64,000 nucleotides of DNA from Octopus vulgaris (taxonomy: Eukaryota): NCBI GenBank assembly GCA_951406725.2, contig OX597816.1, positions 51,584,001 through 51,648,000 on the forward strand, written 5' to 3'. Within the stretch, counting starts at the first letter, position 1. Each line of letters starts with the position of its first letter. Position numbers and translations under genes: made by a program. The notes beneath the pieces were generated by a model. That model did no database searches, was not told the origin of the DNA, and saw only the letters and a list, made by a program, of their open reading frames with translations. Below, one piece after another: positions 39,767 through 53,192 of this stretch.

Positions 39767-39852
39767 ATAAATTAATAAATAAATAAAACATATGCATATG
39801 TACATACATACTTACATACATACTTACCTCTACATGTATATATACATGCATA

Positions 39853-40035
39853 TAATGGTACAGAACACCAAAAAAAAAAACGTCGAAGACAATGAGAAAC
39901 GAAAACATAAACACAAAACCAAGGAAATGGACATTTTTCTTAAACAACGAAACAATAGAGTACAGGACATACAAAACAAGAAAAATTCCCCTTCTTCAGT
40001 CGCCTTTGTTTCATCTACTCCACGTTTCGAAGGTC
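39853..40035 (-). mobile_element. PLE-like terminal fragment with 3' half of a hammerhead
   Basis: Minus strand starts near ccuucGAAAC-GUGGA-GUA, has a pyrimidine-rich body and ends at microsatellite. Confidence 0.45.
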
Positions 40036-40043
40036 ATCCACGA

Positions 40044-40598
40044 GTAACGAGAAGATGGATTTGGTGATCTTTATTTTATAGAGCGATCGTTTCAGACCAC
40101 CCTGCTGCTGTCCTTATAGGTTGGACTTCGTTCAACATGTATTGCATCAATTTTGCAGTCTGGGTCTCATCAGGTACATTTATACATAAGATTGTGTCTT
40201 GCTAAAGATCCTGAGTTTTGGCTGTCATGTTGTCATATGCTCGTCGTATTGTTATATGTCCCCGGCGGGCATATAACAAAATGACAGCCAAAACTGGATG
40301 TGACCCAGATTGTAAAATTGATGCAACAGATGTTCAACTGAGTCCCACCCATAAAGGACAAGAGCAAGATGGATCGAAACGACCGTTGTTCAAAATAAAG
40401 ATAGATACCAAATCTATCTTCTCGTTACGTAAGAAATTATTGTTATTATCTTAACTAACGCTGCGGAGTTCCAGAGGTAGATCCAATGGAAATATACTCC
40501 GACTGCAGAGGACTCCAAGTAGCCCAAATTGTGCCAGTGCTCTACTCAACACTTCAGCACACTAATCAACATATATCCACTAGTCCAAGATATTAAAT
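40044..40598 (+). mobile_element. Older fold-back module with tail; degenerate hammerhead at about 40078-40178 (minus)
   Basis: gtaacgagaagatggatttggt... / ...accaaatctatcttctcgttac; centre ~40262; tgtac-CUGAUGA-gacc...ggtc-GAAACGAUCG. Confidence 0.7.
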
Positions 40599-40691
40599 AC
40601 ACACACACACACACACACACATACACAAACACAGACACACACACAAACACACGCACACACACAAACACACACACACACACATGTATATATA

Positions 40692-41770
40692 TCTTATTAT
40701 ATATATCTTCCTATATGTCTTTCCGTCCGTCAGTCCCTGATCTTTTCGCGGCCAACTGGTTAGACTTGCACGAAACTTGGAAGTCTTACTAAGGACGTCC
40801 GGAGAACAGTTTATATCACGTTTAAAATATTTTATTGGAAAGACTTGCTACACTACTTCGATTCGTATGAAACTAAGCCATTTCCGTAAAAGATTTCTTT
40901 TATTTATTTATTTCACTTCTTTGTGTCACAGGAAAGGGACATCGTTCGACAGGAAGTGTGTTGACGGGGTGTGCGACACAGAAAGTGTGACAGAGAAAGA
41001 GAGAGAGAGAGAGACACACACCTAAAGACAAATGCAGAAAGAGAGACAAACAGAGACAGAGAGAAAGACAGAGACTGTGTGTGTGTGTCTGTGTGTGTGC
41101 GTTTTTTTTTAACTTCATCAACATCGGCCACAGTAAGAAAACAGAAACAAAAACCTAAATGGCTTTTATGAAAGTTGAAACAGTATTTTCATTTCTTCTT
41201 TCATTATTATCTCCAAAACGGTTCTGGATGTTGATGGGGTGAGCGGCACACAAAGTGTGTGAGAGATACATAGAGACACACGAAGAGACACAGACAGAGA
41301 AAGAAAAAGACAGACAGGGAAAAACACAGACACAGAAACAGAGAGAAAGACACACTGTGTGTGTGTGTGTGTGCATATTTTTTACCCCATGGACACATTC
41401 ATGGGGTGTGCGAAGCAGAAAACGTGTGACACAGGGAGAGAGAGAGACAGACAGACAAACAATCAGAGAAAGAGAGAGAAAAACACAGATAGACAGAGAA
41501 AAGACAGAGTGTGTATGTGGTGTATGCGTGTGTTCGCGCGAGCTTCTGTTAACACCATCAACGCACTTTCTCTACAACGATGTCAGTTTGGTACAGCATC
41601 CAAGACAAAAAATAAATAAATAAAAGAGACAAACTCAGAATGAGAGACACAGAGAGAGAGAGAGAGACAAACACAGACACACACAAAGAGAGACAGAAAG
41701 CGTGTGGATTATTAAATATTTGTACATATTAGTCATACTTTTCTCGTGCGGCCAGGAAGGTTGCTTGTTA
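40692..41770 (+). mobile_element. Possible non-autonomous Helitron with internal (GA)/(GT)-rich subrepeats
   Basis: TC...TATATAT start, ccgtccgtc tract, cacgaaacttgg motif; 3' end uncertain. Confidence 0.4.
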
Positions 41771-41862
41771 GTGCATTACTAATCGTGTGCTTACTCTAGC
41801 CACAGTACTGCTAGTTTCATTATGGAATTTCAGTTTTCGTGCCGTTGCTCATTTATTAACCA

Positions 41863-42683
41863 CTAGCAGTATTGCCCAGCTCGTGCACTCGTGCGTTCTA
41901 TGCACGCGCGAATTAAGCTAAACTTGGATGAAGTTCAATCAAAATTCAATTATTTTGGTTTTAATATCAAGCATTTAATGCCCTCTATTTTTGCGCTTAT
42001 ATGCTCCATTTCCTCAATAGCAAGTACGTAGAAGCGTTTCATAAATTTTTGTTGATCAAATAATTGCATTGTTCAATTATTCTTTTAGATCAGTATTTCT
42101 CAATGGGGATTTCAGGGGAGAGTTTCAGTGAGTCGCTGGCGATGTATCGTGATGATCAAAAATCCGGCTTGCTATAATTTGGTTAAAGTGATTCAAACTG
42201 CAGACTCAACGAAAATGGTCACATTTAATTCAAAGCGTTAAAAATGTTATGAAAACAATTGGTATGTGTTCACAAAGTCCAAACGATTAATACGAAAAAA
42301 ACCTCCAGGCTACATACCGAAAATTCATTTCTTTGCCGAATTTCTACAATGTTTACGGCGATTCGTTTTTATATCTTGATTCTTTATTTTTCATGCAATT
42401 TACGCATGCTTGCACGCGTGGTGAACACAGTGCACGTCAAACAGCTGACTGAGTAAATTTCACTATTCAATGCATGGGATAAGGCCTAAACAAACACATT
42501 ATCGATTTTTGCACTTGCGAGATGAATTTCGGAACAGAAATAGCGCAGTTCAATTTTCATTCGCCTAAACTTTAAGTGACCCATTTTTGTGGTTCTACGA
42601 TTTGTTGGCTCGGAGGAGATGTGCCGGGAAGTTAAACACACAGATACACACACAGACACACAATTTGAGTTTATATATATAGA
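41863..42683 (-). mobile_element. Complete non-autonomous Helitron
   Basis: Minus strand A|TCTATATATATAAACTC ... gggcaatactgCTAG|T: TC...CTAG termini in an AT target, no TSD. Confidence 0.75.
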
Positions 42684-43435
42684 TGTCCACTCAAATTTCT
42701 GCACCAAAGAGAAGCAATGTCTGGTCATCGGAAAATTCAAATATATACTGGAAAAAGTTGAATGAGCCGTAAAAAGAACTTAAATAGTAAAAATTACAAG
42801 TAGGCGACTGGTGCATTCAATAGGATAGAAAGATAGCAATATTGGTGTTTGAAGGTATCTAAATGTAAATTAAGATGTGCCAGAAAACGAAAGCTTGAAG
42901 ATAGATTTACTACTGAACGAAACCATGGTGTATTGCTGAATGTAGCGCTACAAATTCTCAATTGCGTTTAACTGATGTGGGTATAAAGAATCGGTGTACA
43001 ACTGAGTGAATCACAAATGTTTATACCCTCAAGGTTTTAATATATGATCGTTTAATTACCGAACTGCAAATTGTGCCGAATTATAGTCACTTGTACTCAA
43101 ATGATATGGAGTTTGGAGTACCAGACTTCTCATGATTTCAAAGGTTCTGGTGATAAATCAAGAAGAAAATGTACCAAATTGGGTAAATATATATGAAATG
43201 GCGTCCATCAATTTCTTAGTGACAAACTTTGCGCGAATCATTTGCATGAGAGATGTGTAGTAAGACTGTGTACGTCTTGAAGTAGTGCTTGACAGCGAAA
43301 CCGGTTACTGAGCGACATTTGTTCTGCTGTATCGTACCAACAGGTCTTAGATTGCTTGCAAGGTTTCACAGGTAACTAGACTTTTGCTGGAGTAGGAAAT
43401 AATCTAAAATGTTAAATTCAGTTTTGGAGCTGAAT

Positions 43436-43672
43436 TCAATGGCCCAGTGGTTAGGGCAGCGGACTAGAAGTCGGAGGATTGCGGTTTCGATTACAAGACC
43501 GGGTGTTGTGTGTGTTTATTGAGGGAAAATACCTAAAGCTCCTCGAGGCTCCTGCAGCGGGTGGTAGCGACCCCTGTTGTACTCTTTCGCACAACTTTCT
43601 CTCAATCCTTCTTCCTGTTTCTTGAGCAACGCCATAGAAACCGGGAAACCGGGCCCATGAGCCTGGCTGGAT
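43436..43672 (+). mobile_element. SINE family C head/body with a third tail
   Basis: caatggcccagtggttagggcagcggact...ggtttcgatt...acctaaagctc. Confidence 0.8.
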
Positions 43673-43983
43673 TTGTAAAGGACATAAATAAAACATTTGG
43701 AGTTGAATAGAACAGTGGAGCCAATTTTTAGGCACATTTAGCAAGTGCCATATTGCGTGTCTATGATTTTCCATTTATACTATATTTCGAATATTCCGAG
43801 TTGATTGTTCTTTCAGTTTTCATTCCAGATGTTGTGTGATCTTTTCTGTGCGTTCCTAAATGAATGGAATTGTATTTCAACACCTGAAGAGCGTGAATAA
43901 AAAAAAATACAAGGAGCAGCTCTTTGCAGACACATCTTTGAATAAGTGTTAAATATACACGTACATGCATACGTGTGTATATT

Positions 43984-44034
<51 letters not shown>

Positions 44035-44041
<7 letters not shown>

Positions 44042-44194
44042 ACAGAAAAATTTCTACGCATAAATGTTTCTAGGAAAGGTTAAGCACAAATAATCACTAG
44101 AACTACATGCATATACAAACATGCATGCATACTTGCATGCATACATACATACATACATGCATACATACATACATACATACATACATACATACAT

Positions 44195-44259
<65 letters not shown>

Positions 44260-44343
44260 GTATGTATGCATGTGTGTCTAGTGATTATTTGTGCTTAAAC
44301 CTTCCTAGAAACATTTATGCATAGACATTTTTCTGTATCATAT
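44035..44343. repeat. Long palindrome including mirrored microsatellites
   Basis: ~70-bp unique arms plus a (CATA)n-(TA)n-(TATG)n centre. Confidence 0.85.
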
Positions 44344-45557
44344 CATAAATGCGGCTAGCTGTTCGCTATTGCTATTTCCTGCCTGTTTAGAGTTTTGATT
44401 ACATTATTTTCATTATATTCCGAACATTTGCTTCATCATTAATAATTCTTTCCTGAAATCCATTTTCATCCCATACACTGGTATTTAGCACTTCAGATCT
44501 TTGATCCTTTCGCATATTGGAGGAGTAAACCACATCCATTTACATCGTAGTTTTATATCACACAGTGGATGACCAAACTTCAGACTCCGCCAGGAAGAAA
44601 TCGACAGAATAGGTACCAGTCATCTACTACTATATTTTTAATTGATTACGAAACTCTGAATATTTCTGGTTGAATATAAATATGAGAAATCAACATTATT
44701 CTACATCTTCAGTTATATCTCGCTTGTACTGAGTACATCGATTATGTATTCTGATACATAAAAGTTCTTTGTACATTATTTTATGGTTTCTTTTCGTTAT
44801 ATTCCTTTTACTTGTGACGTGTTTCATTCTCCTGGTATCAGTTTTCTGCTATTTTATCTTCACACAAAGCAGGAACCATTGCATAGCCATTGCATATTAT
44901 GTGGAATGCATTAACCATATATCTAAATGTATTCATACCTCTTGTTGGAAGACAAGAATAATTTCCTGTTTTGTATTATATTTCTGTTGAAGCTGTTAAT
45001 GGTAATTTAGTAATAGTTAGCCCTTTATCTCTGTTAGGTTTTGTTCTTTTAGTTTGAACTTTGTCTTTTGACAGGAAGCGTTTTTATAGGAACCAACATT
45101 CTGATATTAATGGCAGTCATTTGTTTAAATGTTAGTTGCCTTTATTATTTTGCTTGTTATTTAATTTATTGGATTTGCATGCTTCTATCTCTCTTCCATA
45201 ATAATAAAGTATCATACTACAAATGTTCTTTTATTTCTAGCTATTTTTTTCTGTACGTGTTGGATCTCTTCACATGTTTGTTGTACTTCATTACAACCGC
45301 ATAGTGAACCACTGATTTAAAATTGTTAGCTGCGACGAATATAAATCACTCTATGCAGATTGTATATACTACTCCTTGATTATTTAAGACTTTTTGCTTT
45401 TATTTATTTATTTATTTATTTATTGTATTTACTGCAGAGTGGTTTACTGAAGGAATATTCCTTTTGTTCTTTGAAAGTTGATCCCATTTCCTTTTCCAAT
45501 AACGCTCAAGCTGTTGGTCGTAGATATATCATGTGTTGTGCATAATACACTTATATG

Positions 45558-45600
<43 letters not shown>

Positions 45601-45617
45601 GTGCGTGTATGTGTGTG

Positions 45618-45666
<49 letters not shown>

Positions 45667-45699
45667 CATATATGCATGAATGTATGTACACACACATAC

Positions 45700-45739
<40 letters not shown>

Positions 45740-45987
45740 CCAAAAAGACACCCTGACGGACAGATAGAATGTTTATTTGTGCTGCATACATTTTGTAATG
45801 ATTAAGCACACCCACGCACTTAATATATTATCGTACACTTCATTATCATAATTTTATGTTTGTGTTTTTGTACGGGATATCTTCATTTAGCTGTGTCACA
45901 TATATTAACATGTTAGTTGTCTATAAAACGATCAGTTCTTTCTGATATATTGGGTTAGCTTAGTCCATCTGCAGATGCAATTATGTA

Positions 45988-46542
45988 GTGAGTTATCCGG
46001 AAAATTCGTGCCGATTTAGAGTAGCTTTCATTTCGACTTATTTTAGAATATGGTTGAGTTCATAAAATAGGATTTGACTACACCTCCATTTAGAGCATAG
46101 TTTCAGGTATCTTTTCGTGGAAGAAGATTTATGTTCCTATAGTCTTTGTTAATTCTATAACCCTTTAAATTGGAAGATAAGAAAGTTCATTTTCGGCAAC
46201 TGATGCTTTGGGAACCAGACAAAAATTGCTGTAGCTCGGCTGGTATTTGTTACCCTACCCTCCATATTGCTCCTTCGGATTTCCACTTATTCAGGTCTCT
46301 GCAGAATAGTCTTAATGGTAAACATTTCAATTCCTAGGATGACGTAAAGAGATACCTTGATGAATTCTTTGCCATGAACCCCACTCAATTCTGGGAAGAG
46401 GGTATTTTCAAGTTAAAGGAAAGATGGAGACGCATTCTACAACAAAATGGTTCATACTTGGTTGATTAAAAATCTAATGGCAAGAATGTATTGACCTTTT
46501 TCTTTCCTTTAAAAATCGGCGCGGACTTTCCGGACAACCCAA
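45988..46542 (+). mobile_element. Mariner deletion derivative, copy 2 (both TIRs)
   Basis: TA-gtgagttatccggaaaattcgtgccgattt ... aaatcggcgcggactttccggacaacccaa-TA; 555 bp. Confidence 0.92.
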
Positions 46543-47186
46543 TATATATATATATATTTTTTTTTATACTTGGATATGATATGTAAGAAGTGTGTACTGT
46601 CTTGTATATAAATATATGTTGCTATGCCTATAATTAGGTAGGTGGCGCAGTGTGTGCGACAGAAATATTACGTTACAGCGTTATGGATTGGAGCCAAGCA
46701 TTTTTCCTTGGTGTCATCAACGTTCTTGCTCCGGGATCTTAAATTTTTGTTTATCTTTCCTTTAGTTTTATTCCAGATTTGAGCAAGAAAACTCGTAATG
46801 GTGTTACTGTGGGACCCTTCCATTAAAAAAAAAAGATGAATGAATTATATAGCATTTCCTTACGTATCTTTACGATTTTAAGATGATAGCAAAATACTTG
46901 GAGAGCTTTTGCTACAAATTCTAGTAGCTTAAGGAATTACATAGTTTCCTTAAACTATTTCTGGTCGTTGAATTTCTCCAGGGTTCCATATATGTCAGTG
47001 GTAGTTAGTGGCATACAATTTAATTATTTAACACGTTACGCTTATAAAAATTATCCAGTGCTTATATATATAGCTGGTTGAAACATTGAAATCACGGTCA
47101 ACAACCATTTTTTATAAGAATAATTTTGTAATCTACAAAAGTATAGAGTTACTTTGTCCTTTATATATATATATATTTTATGTATC

Positions 47187-47226
<40 letters not shown>

Positions 47227-48749
47227 TTTAGATATATGATTTATATATCATTTATATATATACTTTATATAGCCTTTATATATATATATAGTTTATCATT
47301 TATATATATATATTTTTTATGGCCTTTATATATATATATATACATATATGTATGTATGTATATATGAATAATAAATTACATAAAAGAGCAAGTAAAGCAC
47401 ACACACACACCACTCTACATACATTTTGCTGGCCAACTTATTGAAGCTATTACTATATCATATCATTATGATGACTCGCTTATTCGTAAGAAAAATAGAT
47501 TTAAAAATTGCACCATTTTCTATTTTTCGTTTCTATTAACACAAGTCCTACTTCCACAAATTCAAGATGGTTATAATTTCTTTCAGTTTCTAGACAATAC
47601 ATACTATCAAATCAATTATCTTTCCTGACATATTGCAAGCGTATTACAGAAAGTTTTCTTTTTTACTTATGTACACTAAACTTCACCCGTCATCCATATC
47701 TGCTATTTCTCCTTATATTCTTACCTCTCTTCTTATTTGATCGTATAAAGTATATTACGTATGTAATATTTCTGTTTATTGGTGGTTTACTTATAAAACT
47801 TCTGAAATTATACTGTAAACATTTACCGAGAAACTGACTTACAATAATACTGATAGACTGCCTTTTAATTTTTTTTTTTCTTTTCAATGACGGATATGTT
47901 TATTTGTATGTATGCGTTTGTGAATGTAGTGTACATGCATGTATGTAAGTTTGTGTTTGCTACTTTAATCTTATACTGGTCACATGTGAAACTCTCCTAA
48001 ACAAAATTCGTTTGCTTCTAGGCATAGCTTCAAGAATCATTACATTGTGGAATGTGTTTAACCAAATCTGGGGCCCATGTGAATATATCATTTTGTTCTG
48101 TCGATCTAATTTATTCATGTACTTTCTATTGCATTCCCATCTTTCTTTCTTAATAAATCTTTCGAAGTTTGTGTTCGTTAACTTGTTCGCCCTAATCAAA
48201 TCTATTTGTTGACTAGAAACCAGAAAACTGCATGCAGTGAATATAATTCTGCTTATTATTTTACATTTTGCAAGGTGTACATATGTATGACATATTTAAT
48301 ACAATCCTTATGAGCTCTTTTATAATAATATTCATATATGCATTGCATCATTACACTTAAATATTTTATATATGAAATCCTTTGTAGCGATGAGCGTTAT
48401 AAAATACAGATGAAGTATATAGCGTGTAAATATACTTTTTTCTGTACGATTTCTAGCCATAGCTCAGTATCTCCCATTTGGATTTATAGTTGGGTATTCT
48501 CTGGGTGTGATCGCACTAGTATATGCAAGTTATACGTTTTCTCAATGGTAAAGATAATACTGTCGGGAAATTTCGAAAACCAGGTACAACTGGTGGTCTA
48601 GGCAGAAGTCTTGTAGTATGGCTAGCAGCTGATGGATTACGACCGGTCCCACCCTGTTGCACATTGGGGCACCTGTCGGGTGCGGCATCTTCACCACTGT
48701 TTCTAGTCCCATTCATACTGTTATCGTGATTTATTTAGCTTCGAGTGTT

Positions 48750-50062
48750 CCCTATTCTTGTTCACCTGTGTTATTTGTTATAGCTTTGACCCACTTGCTG
48801 TAGTCCTACATAAAATCAACATGCTCTATGAGCTGAGACAGAACGGACCTCGTTTCGATCACCTTCTCTTCATGGATGATTTAAAACTGTTCACAAAAAT
48901 AGAACCTGAAATGAAGAGGCTGGCTGAGACTGTGCAATTGTGTAGCAAGGATATAGGGATGGAATTCAGTATCATCAATCTTTTCCCCATTTCTTGCATT
49001 TCCTCTTTCTCCATCATTGTTTTCTGTTTCTTTATCATTCACCTCATATTTCACCCGCCATCATCTTTTTCTCAACTTTGAAGCGCGGGGTGGAGAAGAG
49101 TAAATTGTAGGGGTACAGAATTGCCAAACAGCGAGAGAATGGAAGACCCGGATAATGATGGGTACCTTGGGATTCTGGAGCTGGACAATATATAACACAG
49201 AGAAATGAAAGACAAGGTCATCACTGAATATGTTAAGGAATTTAACTTCTCTTGAAATCAAAGCTAAACTCAAGCAAACTTGTGACTGCCATCAACATAT
49301 GGACTATTGCTGTAGTCCGCTATAGTGCACCCATCCTGAGATGGACCCAAGCGGAGATTGACCAACTCCATCGCACTACACGAAAGACAATGACAGTGCA
49401 TGGTGCCATCCAACTTAAGGCAATGTACACAGGCTCTACGTGAAGCTAGCTAAGCGTGGACGTCGGCTGATTAGTGTACGGGAGTGCATCAATAGTGGAA
49501 GAAGAAACATGTCAGAATATTTTGTAAACAGCAAAGAAGACCTGCTATAGTATATTGATAGTGCAGGAGATAACAAAAATGGACTTTAGAGTGCTCATGA
49601 ATTCCGAACCAGAACAGCCAAGGAGAGAGAGCAAACCCTACTCCGCATGGAATTACATGGTCAGTTCCACCGTGAAACCAACAAATCAAATGACCAGGAA
49701 GCATCATGGAGGTGGCTCAACAAGCGTGACCTACAAAAGAATACTAAAAGCTTAATCATCATTGAATACCAACTCAGTGAGAAAGAATATATACCACACA
49801 AGTGTATCGGACCTCTGCGGAATGTCTGGGAAGAGGGTCGAGCGCCTGTGAAAGTCTTGCGCAGAAACATTACAAGCGTAAAAACGGCAAAGTAGACCAG
49901 AACTTCCATTGGCTACAATGCCTTAAGTATAGGTATGAGGTTACGGGTGCTGGGTACCAACATACACCGGAAAAGGTAATGGGCGAAAAAGGCAAAGCAA
50001 AAATCCTCTGTGCCTTTGTTTTCCAGACAGACAAAGTGTTACAGCACCGAAGGCCGGATTAA
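48750..50062 (+). mobile_element. R4/Dong-like LINE fragment (RT to endonuclease)
   Basis: HLLFMDDLKLF, DIGMEF, KSKLNSSKLVTAINIW, LHGQF, SWRWL, FHWLQC, QTDKVLQHRRPD; many frameshifts. Confidence 0.85.
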
Positions 50063-52370
50063 TATTTTCTGAATTATACGGATTAAGTATTCTCAAATTA
50101 CTTGGGTTCAACTTCGTTAGAGTATTCGAACGTTGATAAATAATTTAACGATATATCATTTGGATGCTTAAATCTTTTAAATCTGAATATAGATTTTACT
50201 AACGTCGTAGTTTACACCAAGTTCAGTCATAATCCATCAGAAATTTGAGGAATATTTGTCTTCTAGTTCTTGTAAGTATATCGTACTCCTTTAGTTTTTA
50301 AGACAATGTATTATGATATGTTGCAGATTTTGCAGTTATTTCCAGCAGAATTATATACCACTAAAATATCTCTTTCTTAGGAAACATATCTTTTACTAAA
50401 ATAGAGAGTAAGCACCTTCAAGTTTTGGTTAGATATTTTACTTTCACTTTGAATATATCGTTGAAACCATTGTGAAGATCGTATATTCTACGAGACAATC
50501 TTCACATTGAGGTTCTATTTGAGATCACGTTATCAAGATTTGCTTCCTCCGATCCTGGTGCTAGTGTTAGGGATTGTGAATGAAACACGTGTGTAAATGT
50601 TTAATAGCAATTCAGAGAGAGTGTGTGGGTGAGTTGTACGTGTTGAAACTTTGAGAGCATTAATGTAGCAGGTTAAGTGTGAGAGAGTAAGAATTAAACG
50701 ATGAAGCGCACGAAAACTGACGGAGTAGTAGAGAGTTATAAAAGCTCTCTCTAAGTGTGATCATACTAAAAGATATCCAATATGTTTATAGCATAGAGAT
50801 ATATGCACAGAGGAAAGAAAAACATTCACGCGACATGATATAGAAAGTTTATTTGTATTAGTTAGAAAATTGGTCTTGATAAAATGATTGGCTCAGAACT
50901 ACATCAGCCACCTGAGCAATCAGGACTGTTCTTTTTATTTCAGATGAAACTATAAGCAAAGCGATTCGTGTCATATTGTTAATACGTGTGTGTGTATACG
51001 TGTGTGTGTGCGCGCGCAAGTACGTTTATGCGTTTGTGTGTGCAGAATTTTGCGTGGCATGGTGTTTAAGATGTTAGTTCATGATTACGAGGTCGTGGTT
51101 TCTGTTCTTGCATCGGATAGGGAATTTCATCTTTAAGAATTTCACTGCACTTTTCTCAGAAAGAGCGGGGACCAGAAGCGGCTGGAGAATAACTCTACTC
51201 GGACTCGCAATTACATCTCGTCCAGGGAGGACCCATATAATATCAGTCACCAAAATACTTCAGGAAATTAAACAAGCTATATCCTAATGAAGAAGTAGCT
51301 CGAAACAGATTTTAACTTTACATTATATACAGTATTCAGTTTGTGTATGAGAATATCTGCGCCTGCATGTATGTATTCATTTCTGTGTGTATTTCAATGG
51401 GAGTTTTGAGCATGCGTGTGAATGTGCCTGTGTTGTACATGTTGAGTGTGTGAGTGTAAGTCTATTTGGGTGTAATTCACTTCTGATATCGTTCGCATCA
51501 TTTACCGCTTTATACTGATTTTCTCTCTTTTTTTTAATCCGTTTTACTCCGTTCTACACTGTATTGTTCCACTATTGAACTACTTAAAAACTCCAGAATT
51601 ACGCCATTAAATCAGTTTTCATTATATAATAAAAAAATTTTTTCATTGTATTATTTTGGTGTTTGTACAGTATTGTAAAAAGCCATAAAATAGTTGCTGA
51701 GTTTTGTTCTCGGTTCTTTCACGTTTACTATATTTTATTATATTCATACTGGGGTATAGTATTTACTTTCAAAGAATGAATAACAAATCGTTTATTAAAT
51801 TATTCATTATATTTCTTTTGTATGTGTCTCATATTTTTCTGGCTTCTTTTCTCTGCCTCTGTCTCTGTACATCATTTTCTCTTTCTTTCACTGTATCATA
51901 CGGGTGTATATATGTATGTCTGTAAACACGCAGCCCTCGCTCGCAATCGTGCAAAGCACACACATACACACACAGACACATACACACACAGACACATACA
52001 CATAACTATTAGTGGGCTATTTTTCTGACTTTAGTCATCAGCAAAGTCATGGAGCACATTTTCAGAAGAAATCCGATTACGTTCCTAGAAGAAAATTACT
52101 TGCACGCTAACACGCATCTTGTCCCGGAGCGAATTACCACCTGTAGCATTAATATAATGTATTAAAACATCAGCTCACTCTTGTGGCGATATATTACAAA
52201 TTTGTTCATACAATAGTTGTAGCTCTCTCAGATGTAACCTCAGTCATATAGTCTACTATTCTCCGTCTTCGAGTCGCTTGGTTCTAGGGTTTTCTTCTTC
52301 AAATAGAGCCACATACGAACATATAGATAAACGCACAGACATACACATAGAAACACACGTATGCGGGGTT

Positions 52371-52410
<40 letters not shown>

Positions 52411-52416
<6 letters not shown>

Positions 52417-52513
52417 ATCCGAACAAGAACAAAAAGAACACACAACGCGAGGACGTGGGACAAGTATAGTGTTATTGGACACTCGGGAAAGGAAAGAAGG
52501 CGGATTTAACGTT
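52411..52513 (-). mobile_element. Family P1 terminal fragment abutting (TA)n
   Basis: Reverse complement aligns to 4195-4303. Confidence 0.7.
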
Positions 52514-52849
52514 GCGTCCATTTGAATCATAATATATATATATATGTATATATACGCACACACACACAAATTTATGGATTTTTTATATTATTTTTCATTT
52601 AATTTGAAGAGTTTGAATTACCTAATTCCCACCATCACTGTTGAATATATATGATTCACGATTAGGTGTTACAGAGTAATAAAAAATAATAGGATATATT
52701 ACGATATCTTTTAACTAGAGTTCAGTAGTACTACCCAAAAACCGAGACAGCAAAATATTTCACCTGATCATTAATCAACTGGCTGCGCTGCTTGCACAGA
52801 TTCCCCTGACTTTCTGTCACAATCCTATTCTAACATTTGAATTGCAGTA

Positions 52850-53160
52850 TTGAGTCATAGTGTATCTTTTCTTAGCTGATTACACAACGATGGACACCGC
52901 CCCTATGAATGCGCTACAGTTACTCCCTTGATAGAACTTGGTGATACAGGTCTTGATCTTCTAGAATTCCTCCGCTGATCATCAATGTAAGAAGCACGTT
53001 TAGCTCAGCTGGGCTCTTCCACTGACCTTTTACAATCCACCATGCTGCAGTCCCATGACTTCACTGTATTCTTAGCAGGGTGGCAGAACGGGTGCTATGC
53101 CTTGCCGAATGGGAGACCGTAAATGTGCAGGGCACAGTCGTCCCTTTGTGAGGTATGTTC
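52850..53160 (-). mobile_element. Possible highly decayed RTE-type LINE 3' end
   Basis: Minus-strand remnants (LQHG, RASYIDDQRR) loosely resemble RTE C-termini. Confidence 0.3.
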
Positions 53161-53192
53161 GGAATAACTGCACACATTTTAGTTATATTCTA

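Noticed and set aside
43272-43310. GAAACCGGUU preceded by CUUGAAGUA
   Set aside because: Core too degenerate and stem I does not pair; similar weak half-motifs near 32530, 51285, 59612 and 60715 were also excluded.
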